A stretch of 64,000 nucleotides of DNA from Torpedo marmorata (Eukaryota). Position numbers and translations under genes: made by a program. Shown here piece by piece: positions 51,015 through 63,790 of this stretch; the stretch's first letter is position 1; each line of letters begins with the position of its first letter. Location: the NCBI GenBank assembly GCA_977017645.1, contig OZ360230.1, positions 93,248,001 to 93,312,000 on the forward strand, given 5' to 3'. The notes beneath the pieces were generated by a model, which did no database searches, was not told the origin of the DNA, and saw only the letters and a list, made by a program, of their open reading frames with translations.

Positions 51015-52560
51015 ATAATCAGTTGGAGTTTAACCCAGAAAAGTGTGAAGTAGTTCATTTTGGCAAGTCAAATTTAAAGGCAGAATACAATGTTAATGGG
51101 AAGAGTCTGAACAGTGCAGAAAAAATGAGAGATCTTGGGGTCTGTATCCTTAGGACACTCAAAGTTGCTGCACTGGTTGATAGTGTTGTTAAGAAGGCGT
51201 ATGGTGTGTTGCCCTTCATTAACCGTGGGATCGAGTTCAAGAGCCATGAGATAATGTTTCAGCTATACAAGACCTTGGTGAGACCCCACTTGGAATACTG
51301 TGCTCAGTCCTGGTCACCTCACAAAAGTGAGGATGTGGATGCGAAAGAGAGGGTGCAGAGGAGATTTACAAGGATGTTGCCTGGATTGGAGAGCATGCTG
51401 CAGATTTCTATGTTCTATGTAAGGCATTTGTCCTCTGAAGTGCTTGCTTCACCTCCATATTAGCCCTCAGTAATTGGTGATCAAACATACCTGGCTCCTT
51501 TTGAACATTTACATTACCCAGTATCTTGTAATCAACAAATATTGTTTTGTTATTTGCACCAAAGTGGACGATCTCTTATTTTTCTGCATTGTATTCCATC
51601 TACCATGTTCTTTCTCACTCATTCAGCTTGTTCATATTCCCTTGAAGCCTCTGTATTCTCCAATCTAATCTGGTTTTGTCAGCAAAGTAGGATATGTGAC
51701 TTTTCAACCCCTCAGCCAAATCGTTAATAGTGATTGTGAATCGATGGGGTCAAACGCTGATCCCTGCAATGCGCCACTCGTCACATCTTGCCATCCTGAG
51801 AAGAAACTCGCTGTTTGTTTCTGTCCAGTGGGGAATTGTCAATCCATGCTACTGCATTACTCGCAATCTCAAGTGCTCTAACCTTTCCAACCAACCTCTT
51901 TTGTTGGATTATTTCGAACACCTACCAGAAATCAAAATACCCAACATCCAGTAGTTTCCCCTAAATTATTCTAAGAGTTGCATCCTAAAGGAATACTAAT
52001 AAATCAGTCAAGCATGGTTTTCCCTTCATAAATCCATGTTCAGTCTGCTCAAATCCATGACCCTATTGTCACACTTCTAGTCACCCAACTATACAAAGGA
52101 TGTCATTAAATCAGAAAAGGTGGAGAGAAGATTCACAAGAATGTTACCAGGACTAACAGGTTTGAGTTACAAGGAGAAGCTGGATAGGCTGGGTCTTTCT
52201 CTCTGGAGTTCAGGAGATTGAGAGGTGACCTTACAGGGGTATATAAAATTAATGCTATATAGCCATAGTTAACGTTTTCACAGTTTTTTTTTCTCTTGGG
52301 GTAAAGGAGTCTGGAGGGCATAGATTAAAAAGGGACTTCAAGAGCACCTTTTTCTCACAGGATGGTAGGTATGTGGAACAAGCTGCCAGAGGAAATGGTG
52401 GAGGCAAGAACAATTGCAATGTTTAAAACATTTATACAGGTACATAGGTAGGAAAGAGATATGGACAGAACACAGACAAGTAGGACGAGCTTGGGTATAC
52501 AACTTGGTCAGCATAAATAAATTTTGCCAATGGACCTGCTTCCGTGCTGTAGAATCCTTA
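51015..52560. mobile_element. Cluster of CR1 fragments (+ at 51015-51400 and 52070-52560, - at 51440-52050)
   Basis: ORF 50960..51463 (FNPEKCEVVHFG...LYKTLVRPHLEYC). Confidence 0.85.
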
Positions 52561-53099
52561 CTATTATTTTTAAGGTGTTCTGTTAATATATATCTCAGGT
52601 GAATGTCAGGATTTTCTCCACTACTGATGGAAAATTGGGGTAGATGCTAGGATGATGTTTGCCTTGGCTTGGGTGTCGAGACCCGGGAATCACAAATTCA
52701 AAGTAAGATGTTTACCATTCAGGTCTGAAATGAGAAGAATTTTCTTCGCCCGAAGATGAATTTTGAAATGTCATATCCAAGAGTGCCATAGACCTGAGTT
52801 GCTATGCATGAGCAAGACAGATAGGTTTTTAGATATTAAAGGTGTTGTGCAATAAAGTGGAATTGAGGTAAAACAATAAGAAGATGCTTCCCTGAGTACA
52901 GCATCCCTAGAGAGTGCTGCACAGTGTTTTTGGGTTCCACACATTACCTCCCACTGTTAATAATCATCACTGCATACTCTCAACCACAATGCAGGGTTAA
53001 ACTCAAATGCAAATTAAACATAACCTATAATTTAAGGTGCATGCAGTATTACATCATTTTAGAATGACCCAATGAGGTCTCAGTGCCAGTTTTCTATGT

Positions 53100-53410
53100 G
53101 GCTCTGTCTGTCCTCGTGTCCTGAAGCAGTACTATTCCTGAAGCACCATCTTGCTGGTGGAAGCTGGTGACTTAGAGTGGAGGTTGAAGCAGGATGACTT
53201 TGAGGTCTCAGCCTGGATCAGTCTGGTAACCATGTTAAACAGTTGGCTGATGAGTAACAGCAAGGAATGTGAGTGGTTTGAGAGGATTGAAGAATAAGTC
53301 AGAAATATCTGGAAGAAGACAGTAGATTGTGTTCTGAAGCCACTACTACTCTTGGAGTCTGATGGCAGGGTGATTTCAGCATTCTGTGGAAGGACAGATA
53401 GCTGAACCAA
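53100..53410 (-). mobile_element. L2-like LINE endonuclease-region remnant
   Basis: CFNLH (cf. GDFNLH) motif in ORF 53132..53410; similar antisense L2-like debris at ~58690-59480. Confidence 0.45.
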
Positions 53411-54494
53411 CTGAGATCATTTGCAAAGTACCTGTATGTAGCAGCAGGCTGAACATGTTTGTTCTTTGTGTCACTCCTTTTCCATCACTTAAAACATCTG
53501 AGCTTTCATTTTTCTTCAGTCAAATGAAAAGTCACTGACTGGAGGTGGTAACTGTTTATCCCTCTTCATAGATGCTGTCTGACGTACTGAGTGTTTTCAA
53601 CATTCTCTCATCTTATTTCAAATTTCCAGCATCTCCTATTGATTTATTTTTTGCTTTTCAACAATTGAATGAAACAACAAATGAAAAAGGAATCTCAGGG
53701 TTGTATGTGATGTCATGTATGTACTCTGACAATAAATCTGAAATCGGAATTGTTCAGGAGCAGACTTCCCTGGCATTTCATTAGGACCCTCGAGTTCGTC
53801 TGCATTATTAAAAGTGTATCAAAGTCTCTGATTTTAAGACAAACAAAAAAAAACCCATAATTTTAAATTAAGAAACAAGTAAAATAATTAAAAGAAAGAT
53901 GAATTAAAAAGTAACAATGAACAAGTGAACTTATTTTTTTATTTCAAATCCCCAAATGAATGGGGATTCTGATTCTCTGGCTGGTCTGGTATCATAGGCA
54001 ATTCAGGCTCTGCTGCAGGACTCCACATGGATCACATAAATCCAGGATACACTTGCTCCAAACACCTGCCACAACCATTTTGACGTCGCCCATTGCTAAT
54101 CATGCTGTAGCATAGTTCCAACTGTAGTATCACTGACATGCTGTGGGTGTCAGCAAACATTTGGCTTTTCAGGCATGTTATAAAATACACCGGTACTAAA
54201 TTAAAACAGTATCTTAATGGCGAGAGTTGTGGTTATTGAGTAATTCCCCTGCAATTTATATGTAACTCTCATCCAGTTGCGCATTTCCTGAAGAAAATAT
54301 CCTGATTTTATTGTGAAGTTAAATCCATCATTTATTGCAAACCATTGCAAGTTGATGGCTACAGAGGATGATGATGTAAAAGATCCACAACAAATTTGTG
54401 ATTTGTAGTGTAATATAATAGTCCTTAAATTGTACTGCATTTGTTCAGAAAATCATATTTTTTAATATGATTAAAATAGTTGGAACTGTGGATC

Positions 54495-56165
54495 TCGACC
54501 ATAAGAACAAGGAAGAACCACCACTGCGCACTCCTATGTCCCTTGATGATCCTCTCCTGACCGTATCCGAGGGTGATGTGCGGGCTGCCTTCAGGAGAGT
54601 GAATCCAAGGAAAGCATCCGGTCCAGATGGAGTACCCGGCCAAGTATTAAAAATCTGTGCTGACCAACTTGCCAATGTATTCACGGATATCTTCAACATC
54701 TCACTCCGGCAGGGCATGGTATGCACCTGTTTCAAACAAGAAGAGTGTCGTAACCTGCTTAAATGACTACCAACCAGTGGCACTCACATCAACAGTAATG
54801 AAGTGTTTTGAAAGGCTGGTGTTGAAGCATATCAGCTCCTGTCTGAGTAGCGACACGGATCCGTTCCAATTTGCCTATCGTACCAACAGGTCTATGGCGG
54901 ATGCCATCTCACTGGCTCTACACAAAGCCCTGAAACACCTGCATACATCAGGATTCTCTTTATCAACTACAGTTCGGCATTTAACACCAACATCCCCTCA
55001 AAATTGATCAGAAAGCTCCAAGATCTAGGATTCAACACCCCACTGTGTAATTGGATCCTGAATTTCCTCACCACCAGACCACAATCAGTGAGGATTAGCA
55101 AGACAATCTCCTCCCCAATCTCCATCAGTATCGGCACCACAGGGCTGCGTTCTTAGCCCCCTGCTCTACTCGCTATACACCTATAACTGTGTAGCTCTGT
55201 ACAACAACACCATCTACAAATTCACTGACAACACCATGGTAGTGGGTTTTATAAAAAGGGGTGATGAGTCAGCATACAGGAGGGAGATTGAAAACTTGGC
55301 TGAATGGTGCACCAACAACAACTTCGCACCCAATGTCACCAAAACCAAGAAGCTGATTGTTGACTTCAGGAAGGGAAAACCAGAGGTATACGATCCAGTG
55401 ATCATTGGGGATCAGAGGTGGAGAGGGTGAGCAAATTTAAGTTCTTGGGAGTCACTATCTCGGAGGATCTTTCCTACACCCAACACACCAATGGCATCGT
55501 GAAGAAAGCACGTCAGCACCTCTACTTCCTTAGGAGTTTGCAGAGGTTTGGTATGACACCAGAAACCCTGGCAAATTTCTACAGATGTGTGGTGGAAAGT
55601 GTGCTGATAGGCTGCATCATGGTCTGGTATGGGAACACCAATACCCCTGAGCGTAAAGCATTCCAAAAGGTAGTGGATGCAGCCCAGGACATTACTGACA
55701 AAACCCTCCCCACTATTGAGTACATCTACAGGGAACGGCTGCCGTCGGAGGGCAGCAGTAATCATCAAAGATCCACACCACCCAGCGCACATTCTGTTCT
55801 CGCTGCTGCCACCAGGAGAGGGGTATAGGTGCCACAAGACTCGCACCACCAGGTTTAGGAACAGCTGCTACCCCTCTACCATCAGAATCCTCAACGACAA
55901 AGTCAAATCAGAACTCATTTAAGGACTCTTGCTCGTGCACTTTATTGATTTTTTCCGTTGCTCTCTCTGTATTGCACATAGTTCCATTTTCAGTTTCATT
56001 CGTTACCTGTTGGCAGTTCTTTTGATTGTTTACATGTTTACGCTGTGTACAGTTTACTTTTGCACTACCAATTAGTGGTAATTCTGCTGCGCCCGCAGGA
56101 AAAATAAAGAATCTCAGGGTTGTATGTGACGTCATGTATGTACTCTGACAATAAATCTGAAATCT
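54495..56165 (+). mobile_element. Rex1/Babar LINE, RT region plus 3' end, frameshifted
   Basis: KASGPDGVPG...[43 protein letters not shown] motifs; same 3' tail as the other copies. Confidence 0.92.
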
Positions 56166-56166
56166 A

Positions 56167-56790
56167 AATGGCATTATGAAGAAAGCATGTCAGCGCCTTT
56201 ACTTCAGGAGTCTGCGGATGTTTGGTATGACATTGGAAACCTTCGCAAATTTCTACAGATGTGTGGTGGAAAGTGTGCTGACAGGCTGCAACACGGTCTG
56301 ATATGGGAACACCAATACCTCTGAGTGGAAAGCCCTGCAAAAGGTAGTGGACACAGCCCAGGACATCACAGGTAAAACTCTCCCCACCATCGAGAACATC
56401 TACAGGGAACGCTGCCATCAGAGAGCAGCAGCAATCATCAAGGATCCACACCACCCAGCACACGCTCTGTTTACGCTGCTACCATCAGGAAAGAGGTACA
56501 AGCCTCACACCACCTGGTTCAGGAACAGCTGCTACCCCTCCACCATCAGACTCCTCAACAACAAACTCAATCAGGGTCTTATTTAAGGACTCTTACTTTT
56601 GCACTTCATTGATTTCTTTTTTCTATCTCTGTATTGCAGTCAGTTTCTTTCCATTTCTTTATTTGTTTATATGTGTACATTGAGTCAGTTTTTTTGCACT
56701 GCCAATAAGTGATAATTCAGCCTCGCCTGCAGGAAAAAGAATCTCAGGGTTGTATGTGATGTATGTACTCTGACAATATTGAATCTGAAT
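56167..56790 (+). mobile_element. Second 5'-truncated Rex1/Babar copy directly abutting the first
   Basis: Restarts at AATGGCATTATGAAGAAAGCA and runs to a second GGGTTGTATGTGATG...TGACAAT tail. Confidence 0.88.
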
Positions 56791-56829
56791 TGGATTTGAA
56801 ATGCATAGATTTTATTTCTAAAATGTCTA

Positions 56830-58690
56830 TAACTTCACAAAACATGCCGAAATGAAGTTTGACAAGGGTAAGGTAGTGAATGTTGCCTACACGGATTTCA
56901 GCATAGCATTTGGCAAGGCCCCTCATGGTAGGCTGGTCTAAGAGATAAAGTCACACGAGTGATTTGGTGTTGGGTACAAAATTGGCTCGGTTTTAGAAGA
57001 CAGGTTTCTGGGTTTGAGTTACAGGGAAAGGTTGAACAGGCTGGGACTTTATTCCCTGGAGCATAGAAGATTGAGCGGTGATTTGATAGAGGTATTTAAA
57101 ATTATGAAGGGGACAGACAGAGTCAATGTGGACAGGCTTTTTCCATTGAGAGTGGGGGAGATTCAAACAAGAGGGCATGGATTGAGATTGAAGGGGGAAA
57201 AGTTTAGAGGAAACATGAGGGGGAATTTCTTCAGTCAGAGGGTGGTGGGAGTGTGGAACGAGCTTCCGACCTAAGTGGTAGATGCAAGTTCAATTCTAAT
57301 GTTTAAGCAAAAGTTGGATAGGTATATGGACGAGAGAGGTGTGGAGGGTTATGGGCCGGGTGCGGGTCATTGGGACTAGGTGGGAGAAGGAGTTTGGCAT
57401 GGACTTGAAGGGCCAAACTGGCCTGTTCCTGTGCTGTAATTGTTATATGATGGAATGATGTTTCTCTGAGTTGAGGATGATGATAAGTGGTGTTGTCCAA
57501 GGATTATTGCTTGGAATCATAATGATTAGTTTGCAGAAGACATACAATGGAGTTGTAGATGATGAGAAAGGTTGTCCAAATTTATAGCAGGATATTGATG
57601 GGCTGGAAATTTGGACAGAGAATTGGTAGATGGCGTTTCATTTGGAAAAGTGTGAGATGTTGTATTTTGGGGAGGTCAAATTTGAGCAGAAAATATACAG
57701 TAAATGACAGAACCCTTTGGGAGCATTGATGTACTGAGAGATCTTGGTGTGTGTCCATAACTCCTTGAAAGTGACAACACAAGTGGATAAGTTGGTGAAG
57801 AAGGTGCATGATCTACTTGCCTTCATCAGTTGTGACTGGATATAACTTCAGTTAGGCCCTGTGGAGTGCTGTGTGCAGTTCTGGTCACCACACTACAAGA
57901 AGGGTGTGGAAGCCTTAGAGAGGGTACAGAAGTTGTTCTCCAGGATGATGAGCAAACAGTGAGAAGCTGGAAGGATTCAGTGGCCCAGCAGCATCCAAGG
58001 AGAGAAATGGACTGTCAACATTTGGAGTTTGGACTATTTTTTGAGATTCCACAATCTCCCGTTTCTTGTGTCCCTTGTTCACCAGGATGTTGCCTGGATT
58101 AGAGACTATTAGTGTAAAGCAGAGGTCAGACAAACTTGGATTGTTTCTTCAGGGGTGTCAGAAGCTGAGGGGCAAACTGATAGAAGTATATAACATTTTG
58201 AGAGGCATTGGTAGGATAGATAGAATCTTTTTTCTCCAGGATGGAAAAGTAAAATGCTAGGTATACGTTTAAGGTGAGAGGGGGAAAGTTTAGAGCAGGG
58301 TTTCCCAAACTTTTTCTTTCCACTCACATAAGTAATCCCTATGCCATAGGTGTTCTGTGATTAGTAAGGGATTACTTAAGGTGGTATGTGAGTGGAAAGA
58401 AAAAGTTTGGGAAACCCTGGTTTAGAGGATATTTGCAAGGCCAGATTTATTTTTTTTTAATTTTTTTTTTTTTTACACAGAGTGGTAGGTGCCTGGAACA
58501 TATTGTCAGGGGAAGGAAATAGAAGCTTTTATGATGGCAGTATTCAACAGCCATTTAGATGGATGCATGACCAGGCAAGGGATGGAGGAATACGGACCAT
58601 TTGCAGGCAGATGGGATTAGTAAAACTGGCGTCATAATAGCCGCAAACTTGGTGAGCTGTTTCTGTGCTGTATTGTTACGTGTTCTGTAT
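56830..58690 (+). mobile_element. Nested CR1 fragments, including a younger copy at ~57005-57450
   Basis: ORF 57014..57274 (SYRERLNRLGLYSLEHRRLSGDLIEVFKIM...FFSQRVVGVWNELP). Confidence 0.88.
58296..58419. mobile_element. Palindromic 124-bp hAT MITE
   Basis: 35-bp perfect inverted arms CAGGGTTTCCCAAACTTTTTCTTTCCACTCACATA; identical 8-bp TSD GTTTAGAG. Confidence 0.92.
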
Positions 58691-59523
58691 GCTCTTGCTT
58701 TCACCAAGCAGAAGGTGGCTGGTGGCTAGGAGAGCATTGGAATTGTCAAGGTTAAAGAAAATTAAAGCATTGGGATGGTTTCGGGAAATCAGTTAGACAG
58801 TTGAGGAATGCTATGGACCTGGAGGCATACAGTTTTGGTGATTAAACAGGATGTGTAGCCTGAAGCTCACCTTGGTGACAATGCAACAGCAAGGTCTTGA
58901 AATTGCCTATTTCAGCATCAGGTGGTTGGGATTGGCTACTGGGACAGAGGGACAAAGACTTTAGCCTCACCAATACTTAGCTGGTGGAAATGTTTGCTTG
59001 TCTAGTAATGTTTGTTGGGGCAGCAGCATGTTGAATCAGATAGAGTGAAACATTTGAAAAATGTGGTAAGGTGGAGAAGCTGCTATCAGTGGGGAAAGTG
59101 TGTTTTTCAGCCTTAACCAAAGGCATTTCTTTCCTGCGGTGTTCGAGTAGACCTGTTGGAGGAATCAGATACAGAGTTGCAGTAAAGATGAGACAGGTTT
59201 GGAGGTGACAGGAAGTGCAAGGAATGTTGGAGAGAAGGCAGCAGCTTGGAAAGAAAGGGATCAAGGATTTTTTTGAAGAGATACTTGAAGATATGACAGT
59301 GAGAGTGACTGTAGCAGAGGAGAGGGTTCCATTCCCAACATCATCTCCCAATGAAATGAATGGTAAGCAAGTTAAGTAAACTATGGTTGAGAAAGTAAGA
59401 GTTGGGTCTGATACAGAAGATAAGATTAGAGAAGGTATGAGGAAAGATGTAAGAGAAACCAGAGAAAGATGCAAACTCAGGAAGGAAGAACCTTTGAGGA
59501 AATTTCACCCTTGACTTTTGCAG

Positions 59524-60256
59524 GTCCAAACTATTCTGCATGAAGCAGTATTATCTCATTGCACTTTTGACCACTTTGCCGGTGCTTCATCCTATTAAAG
59601 TGAGATGTGCCAATGGTTTAAAAACTTTTTTCAGTTGAACCTTTCCAGACTAAATTATCACCTGAATCGACTTTGTCAAAATCTTTGCACACTTGCAAGT
59701 ATCGTTCCCCATGAAAGAGGATTTGCCAGGTCTGGAGCTGGAGCTCAGTATCCACCTTTCTGGCCAAGTCCACCCTGTAGCTTAGCACCGAGCCATGTGT
59801 GGCTCTTGACTGTGCTCCCAGCTTTCCCATCTGTCAACTCTCCGAGAGGTCTGATGTTCAGAAACATTTTAACCATCAAAAAATGGATTTGGCAGGTATA
59901 CATTTTAAAACTGTCAATATTGAACTAAGGTTGGAGTGTTTAAAGGGCATTATCATCACTAGAAACTATCTGCTAGCCTCTCTTCCAGTTTCTCTGTACA
60001 CAACATGATGACAGCATTTCTGTGTAGACACGTTGTCATCTAACTCCTTGGACGACTTGCCATTTGATGAAAATAGTGCAAAGCTCCATGCTCTGAAAGC
60101 TTCACTCCTCCCTGCTTTGTCAGCTGGGGTCCATTTGTGTTTCTAAATTGTGGGATCATGTACCTTTTGTGGAACTTTGATGGGAATGTCAGTGGAAATT
60201 GCCAGCCTGCAGGCCTGTGCCTTAACCCACTATCTCCACAGTGAAACCAACTTTTG
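59524..60256 (+). pseudogene. Decayed secreted/membrane leucine-rich-repeat gene (family not identified)
   Basis: Acceptor ttttgcag| at 59523, then ATG 59540 encoding a signal-peptide-like MKQYYLIALLTTLPVLHPIKVRC. After one frameshift the frame reads ...KMDLAGIHFKTVNIELRLECLKGIIITRNYLLASLPVSLYTT**QHFCVDTLSSNSLDDLP..., with LRR-like periodicity and in-frame stops at 59712, 59778, 60006/60009 and 60144. Confidence 0.45.
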
Positions 60257-60800
60257 AATTGTACAGGTATCCATTACTCAATATTTTATCTATTCAAAAA
60301 ATTTTGTTTCAATTGGCACGTGTTTCCTTATACCTCTCATTATTTAATGCAAATAAGAGATTATATAAGGACTGTTTGTGGTGTGTTTCTGTACAAAATG
60401 TGTTGGACTGGTTAAAGATTCATCTTTGTTAATGACTGTTAGCAGTAGAGGATGTGGTACCTTAGGCAATAGATATTAACTTATATTGTAATATTGTTAG
60501 AAGTATATGTATGCAGTACAGCCATTGGATTTATAACAATTTTAGTTCTATCAGTTGTGTCAATATTGTATGAAAAGAGAATGTTTTAAAGTGTTTTAGT
60601 TTGTGAATATACAGGAATATGTTTACTTACACCTTTACGCGTTTTGTTTAGAATAGAGTTGAGCATTAATAAAAAATAATTTAGGAAAAAAAAAAAAAAT
60701 TGATTATTTTTTTAATATGAAAATAATTCCCTGAAACTAAAATAAATTTACAAAATAATTTTTAAAATTTAAACTAAGCACACAATTAAAATTGTCGCAT

Positions 60801-61325
60801 CACTGGCGTCAATAGGGGGGTGCAGACCGCACCGGGTGACACCATCAGAGGGGGTGACACCAAAATGACTGTCTATAAATTTTTTGTAGTGTTTCAGCAG
60901 AAATTTATTATTTTTTATAAAAATATCCCTGTAGTTAGTTATAACAACAAAAACATTTTTCGTAAGCCCAGTTTACATGTATCAATATACCTACAAGGCT
61001 AAAACTCTATACGAATTTACTTTTTGAACCTTCTAATGCGCCCCCCCCACCCCCCACTCAGCGCCACCGCCCCCCCTACCCCCCACTCAGCGCCTCCGCC
61101 CCCCTCCCCGCTCAGCACCACCACCACCCCCCAAGCTCAGCGCCGCCATCCCCCACTGCCATCCCCCACCCCCACCCCGCTCAGCGCCGCCACCACCCTG
61201 GACATACAAGGAACACACTCCTGTTTCTTCTACGCTCTGTACACTCAGTCCATGGGGGTTGGCGGGGGGGGGGATGTCACCATGACTTACCGCACCGGGT
61301 GACACGAACCCTAGTGACGCCACTG
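60801..61325. mobile_element. hAT MITE with C-rich internal repeats
   Basis: TIR CACTGGCGTCAATAGGG / CCCTAGTGACGCCACTG; identical 8-bp TSD TGTCGCAT; sub-terminal CCGCACCGGGTGACAC at both ends. Confidence 0.9.
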
Positions 61326-61333
61326 TGTCGCAT

Positions 61334-62145
61334 CATAGAGTTGTACACCACAGAAACAGGCTCTCAAGCCAAACACATCCATGCCAACCTTTTTGCCGAT
61401 TTACACATCCTATTTTCCCAGGTTAGGTCCATATCCTTCTATGCCTTGCCCAGTCAAGGGCCTGTCTTCATGTCTCTTAAACAATATGATTGTGTCCGAT
61501 TGCACCACCTTCACGGGCAGCAGGATCCAGATATCAACCACTCTGTGTGTAAAAAAAAAAAAACCTCAGATCCCCTAAAAAAAAAACTCCTGCCTCTCAC
61601 CTGAACCCTATGTTTTTGATACCACTGTCAATGGAAGCAGATTCTGAGTGTTTATCGTACCTATGCCACGTAATTTTTTAAGCCTCCATCAGGCCCTCTG
61701 TTTTTCAACATTCAACTACCGACTACTAACTGTAGGTGTCCTACTCCTATTTGGCTTCCCTAAATGCATCACCTTGCAATTGTTGGGATTAAGTTCCTTC
61801 TGTCAAAGCTCTGCTCAACTTCTCTATATCCCACTGTAGACTTAGACTACCTGCTCGCTATCCACAACACAACCAATTTTTGTGTCACCTACTATACTTC
61901 GATCAAAATAATGACTACATATCACAAACAGCAAGGATCCCAGCACTGATACCTGTGGTAAACACTGCTCACAGATTTCCAATCAGCAAAGCAACCTTCC
62001 ACCACCCTCTCCCAATCACCATGTCAATTTGGAATCCCATTTGCCAGCTCGCATTGGATCCCATGTGTCTTCTGCACCAGCCTACCTACCTTGTCCATGT
62101 AGGCTCCCTCTATTACCCTTGATCAATCTTCCCAGTTACCTTCTC
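61334..62145 (-). mobile_element. CR1 3' fragment
   Basis: Begins with antisense CR1 tail CATAGAG...ACAGAAACAGGC; antisense RT remnants follow. Confidence 0.7.
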
Positions 62146-63790
62146 AAAAAACTCCCTCAATAACCTCTCCTTTAATTTATCCCATTTTCTCTAAGTCAAA
62201 GGTGTAGCCATGGGTACCCGCATGGGCCTCAGCTATGCCTGCCTTTTTGTTGGCTACGTGGAGCAATCATGCTACATAGGCAAGGCCCTTCAACTCTTCC
62301 TCTGCTACATCGACGACTACTTTGGTGCTGCCTCATGCACCCATGATGAGCTCATCAACTTTATCTACTTTATTGCAAACTTCCACCCAAAACTCAAATT
62401 CACTTGGACCATCTCTGGCAACACTCTTCCCCTTTATCGATCTCTCTATCTCCATCTCGGGAGACAAACTCTCGACAGACATCTTCTACAAACCCACCAA
62501 CTCAAACAGCTACCTTGACTACACCTCTTCACACCCTGTCCCCTGTAAGGATTCTATTCCTTTCTTTCAATTCCTCAGCCTGTGTCGCATCTGCTCCCAG
62601 GACGAGGTCTTCCATGCCTGATCATCAGGGATGTCCTCCTTCTTAAAACAACTACCACCATTAACTTAGCCCTTACCCGCATATCCTCTATTACCCACAC
62701 ATCTGCCTTGGCCCCCTCCACCCCCAACGCGTAACAAGGACAAGATTCTCTTTGTCCTCACCTACCACCCCACCAGCTTCCTGATCCAACACATCATACA
62801 TACAGACATACAGCATGGTAACAGGCCATTTTGGCCCATGAGTCCGTGCCGCCCAATTTACAAACTATTAACCTACACCCCGGGTATGTTTTGAATGGTG
62901 GGAGGAAACCGGAGCCCCCGGAGAAAACCCACGCAGACACGGGGCAAACGTACAAACACCTTACAGACAGTGCGGGACTCAAACCTATCATCTTCTGCCA
63001 GCTTTTATGTGATCCCATCAAAAGTCACATCTTACCTGCTCCTCCCTTTTCTGCCTTCTGCAGGGAACGCTCCCTCCCTGACTCCCTCATCATCTGCTCC
63101 CTTCCCATCCACCTTGGCACCTACCCCTGCGACCGTAGGAGATAGAACCATAGAACATTACAGCACAGAAACAGGCCCCTTCAGCCCTTCTAGTCTGGCA
63201 ACACTCTCCCCTTTATCGATCTCTCTATGTCCATCTCGGGAGACAACTAGAGGTGCTCCACTTGCACCCACACCTCATCCCTCACCACCATTCGGGGCCC
63301 CAAAAAGTCCTTCCAAGTGAAGCAACACTTCAGTTGTGAATCTGCACGGGTCATCCACTGCATCCGGTGCTCCTGTTGTGGTTTCCTCTTTATCGGAGAG
63401 ACTGGACTCAGACTGGGAGATCACTTTGTTTAGAACCCTAGCTCTGTCTGCCACAATAGCACGGATCTCCCAGTGGCCACCCATTTCAATTCTCCGCCCC
63501 TTTCCCATGCTGACATGTCTGTTCATGGACTCATGCACTGCCAAACTGAGACCACCCACAAATTGGAGGCACACCATATTCCATCTGGGCACCCTCCAAC
63601 CGGATGGCATTAACATTGACATCTCCGGTTTCTGTCAGCCCCCCCCCCCCCCCGACTCTCCCCCTATTTCTCTTTTCCTCTTGGTCTGTCTCTCTTTCCC
63701 TTTCCCTCCGCCTCCTTTCCTCCAGCTCTGCATTCACAGAGCCACCCCCTCCCCCAATCAATTCTCACCTTTCCTCTCCTATACAGAGAG
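62146..63790 (+). mobile_element. Penelope-like element (RT plus GIY-YIG remnants), interrupted by SINE and CR1 tail
   Basis: GVAMGTRMGLSYACLFVGYVEQ...YIDD..., DIFYKPTNSNSYLDYTSSHP; the downstream GIY-YIG region is homologous to 47779-48830. Confidence 0.9.
62798..62986 (-). mobile_element. 5'-truncated V-SINE inserted into Penelope
   Basis: V-domain and tail present; flanked by ATCAT at 62793-62797 and 62987-62991 (likely TSD). Confidence 0.85.

Noticed and set aside
60030-60146. Terminal GPI-signal exon of an EGF-CFC (Cripto/CFC1) gene
   Set aside because: No EGF or CFC cysteine exons were found upstream; better explained as part of the LRR-like relic.
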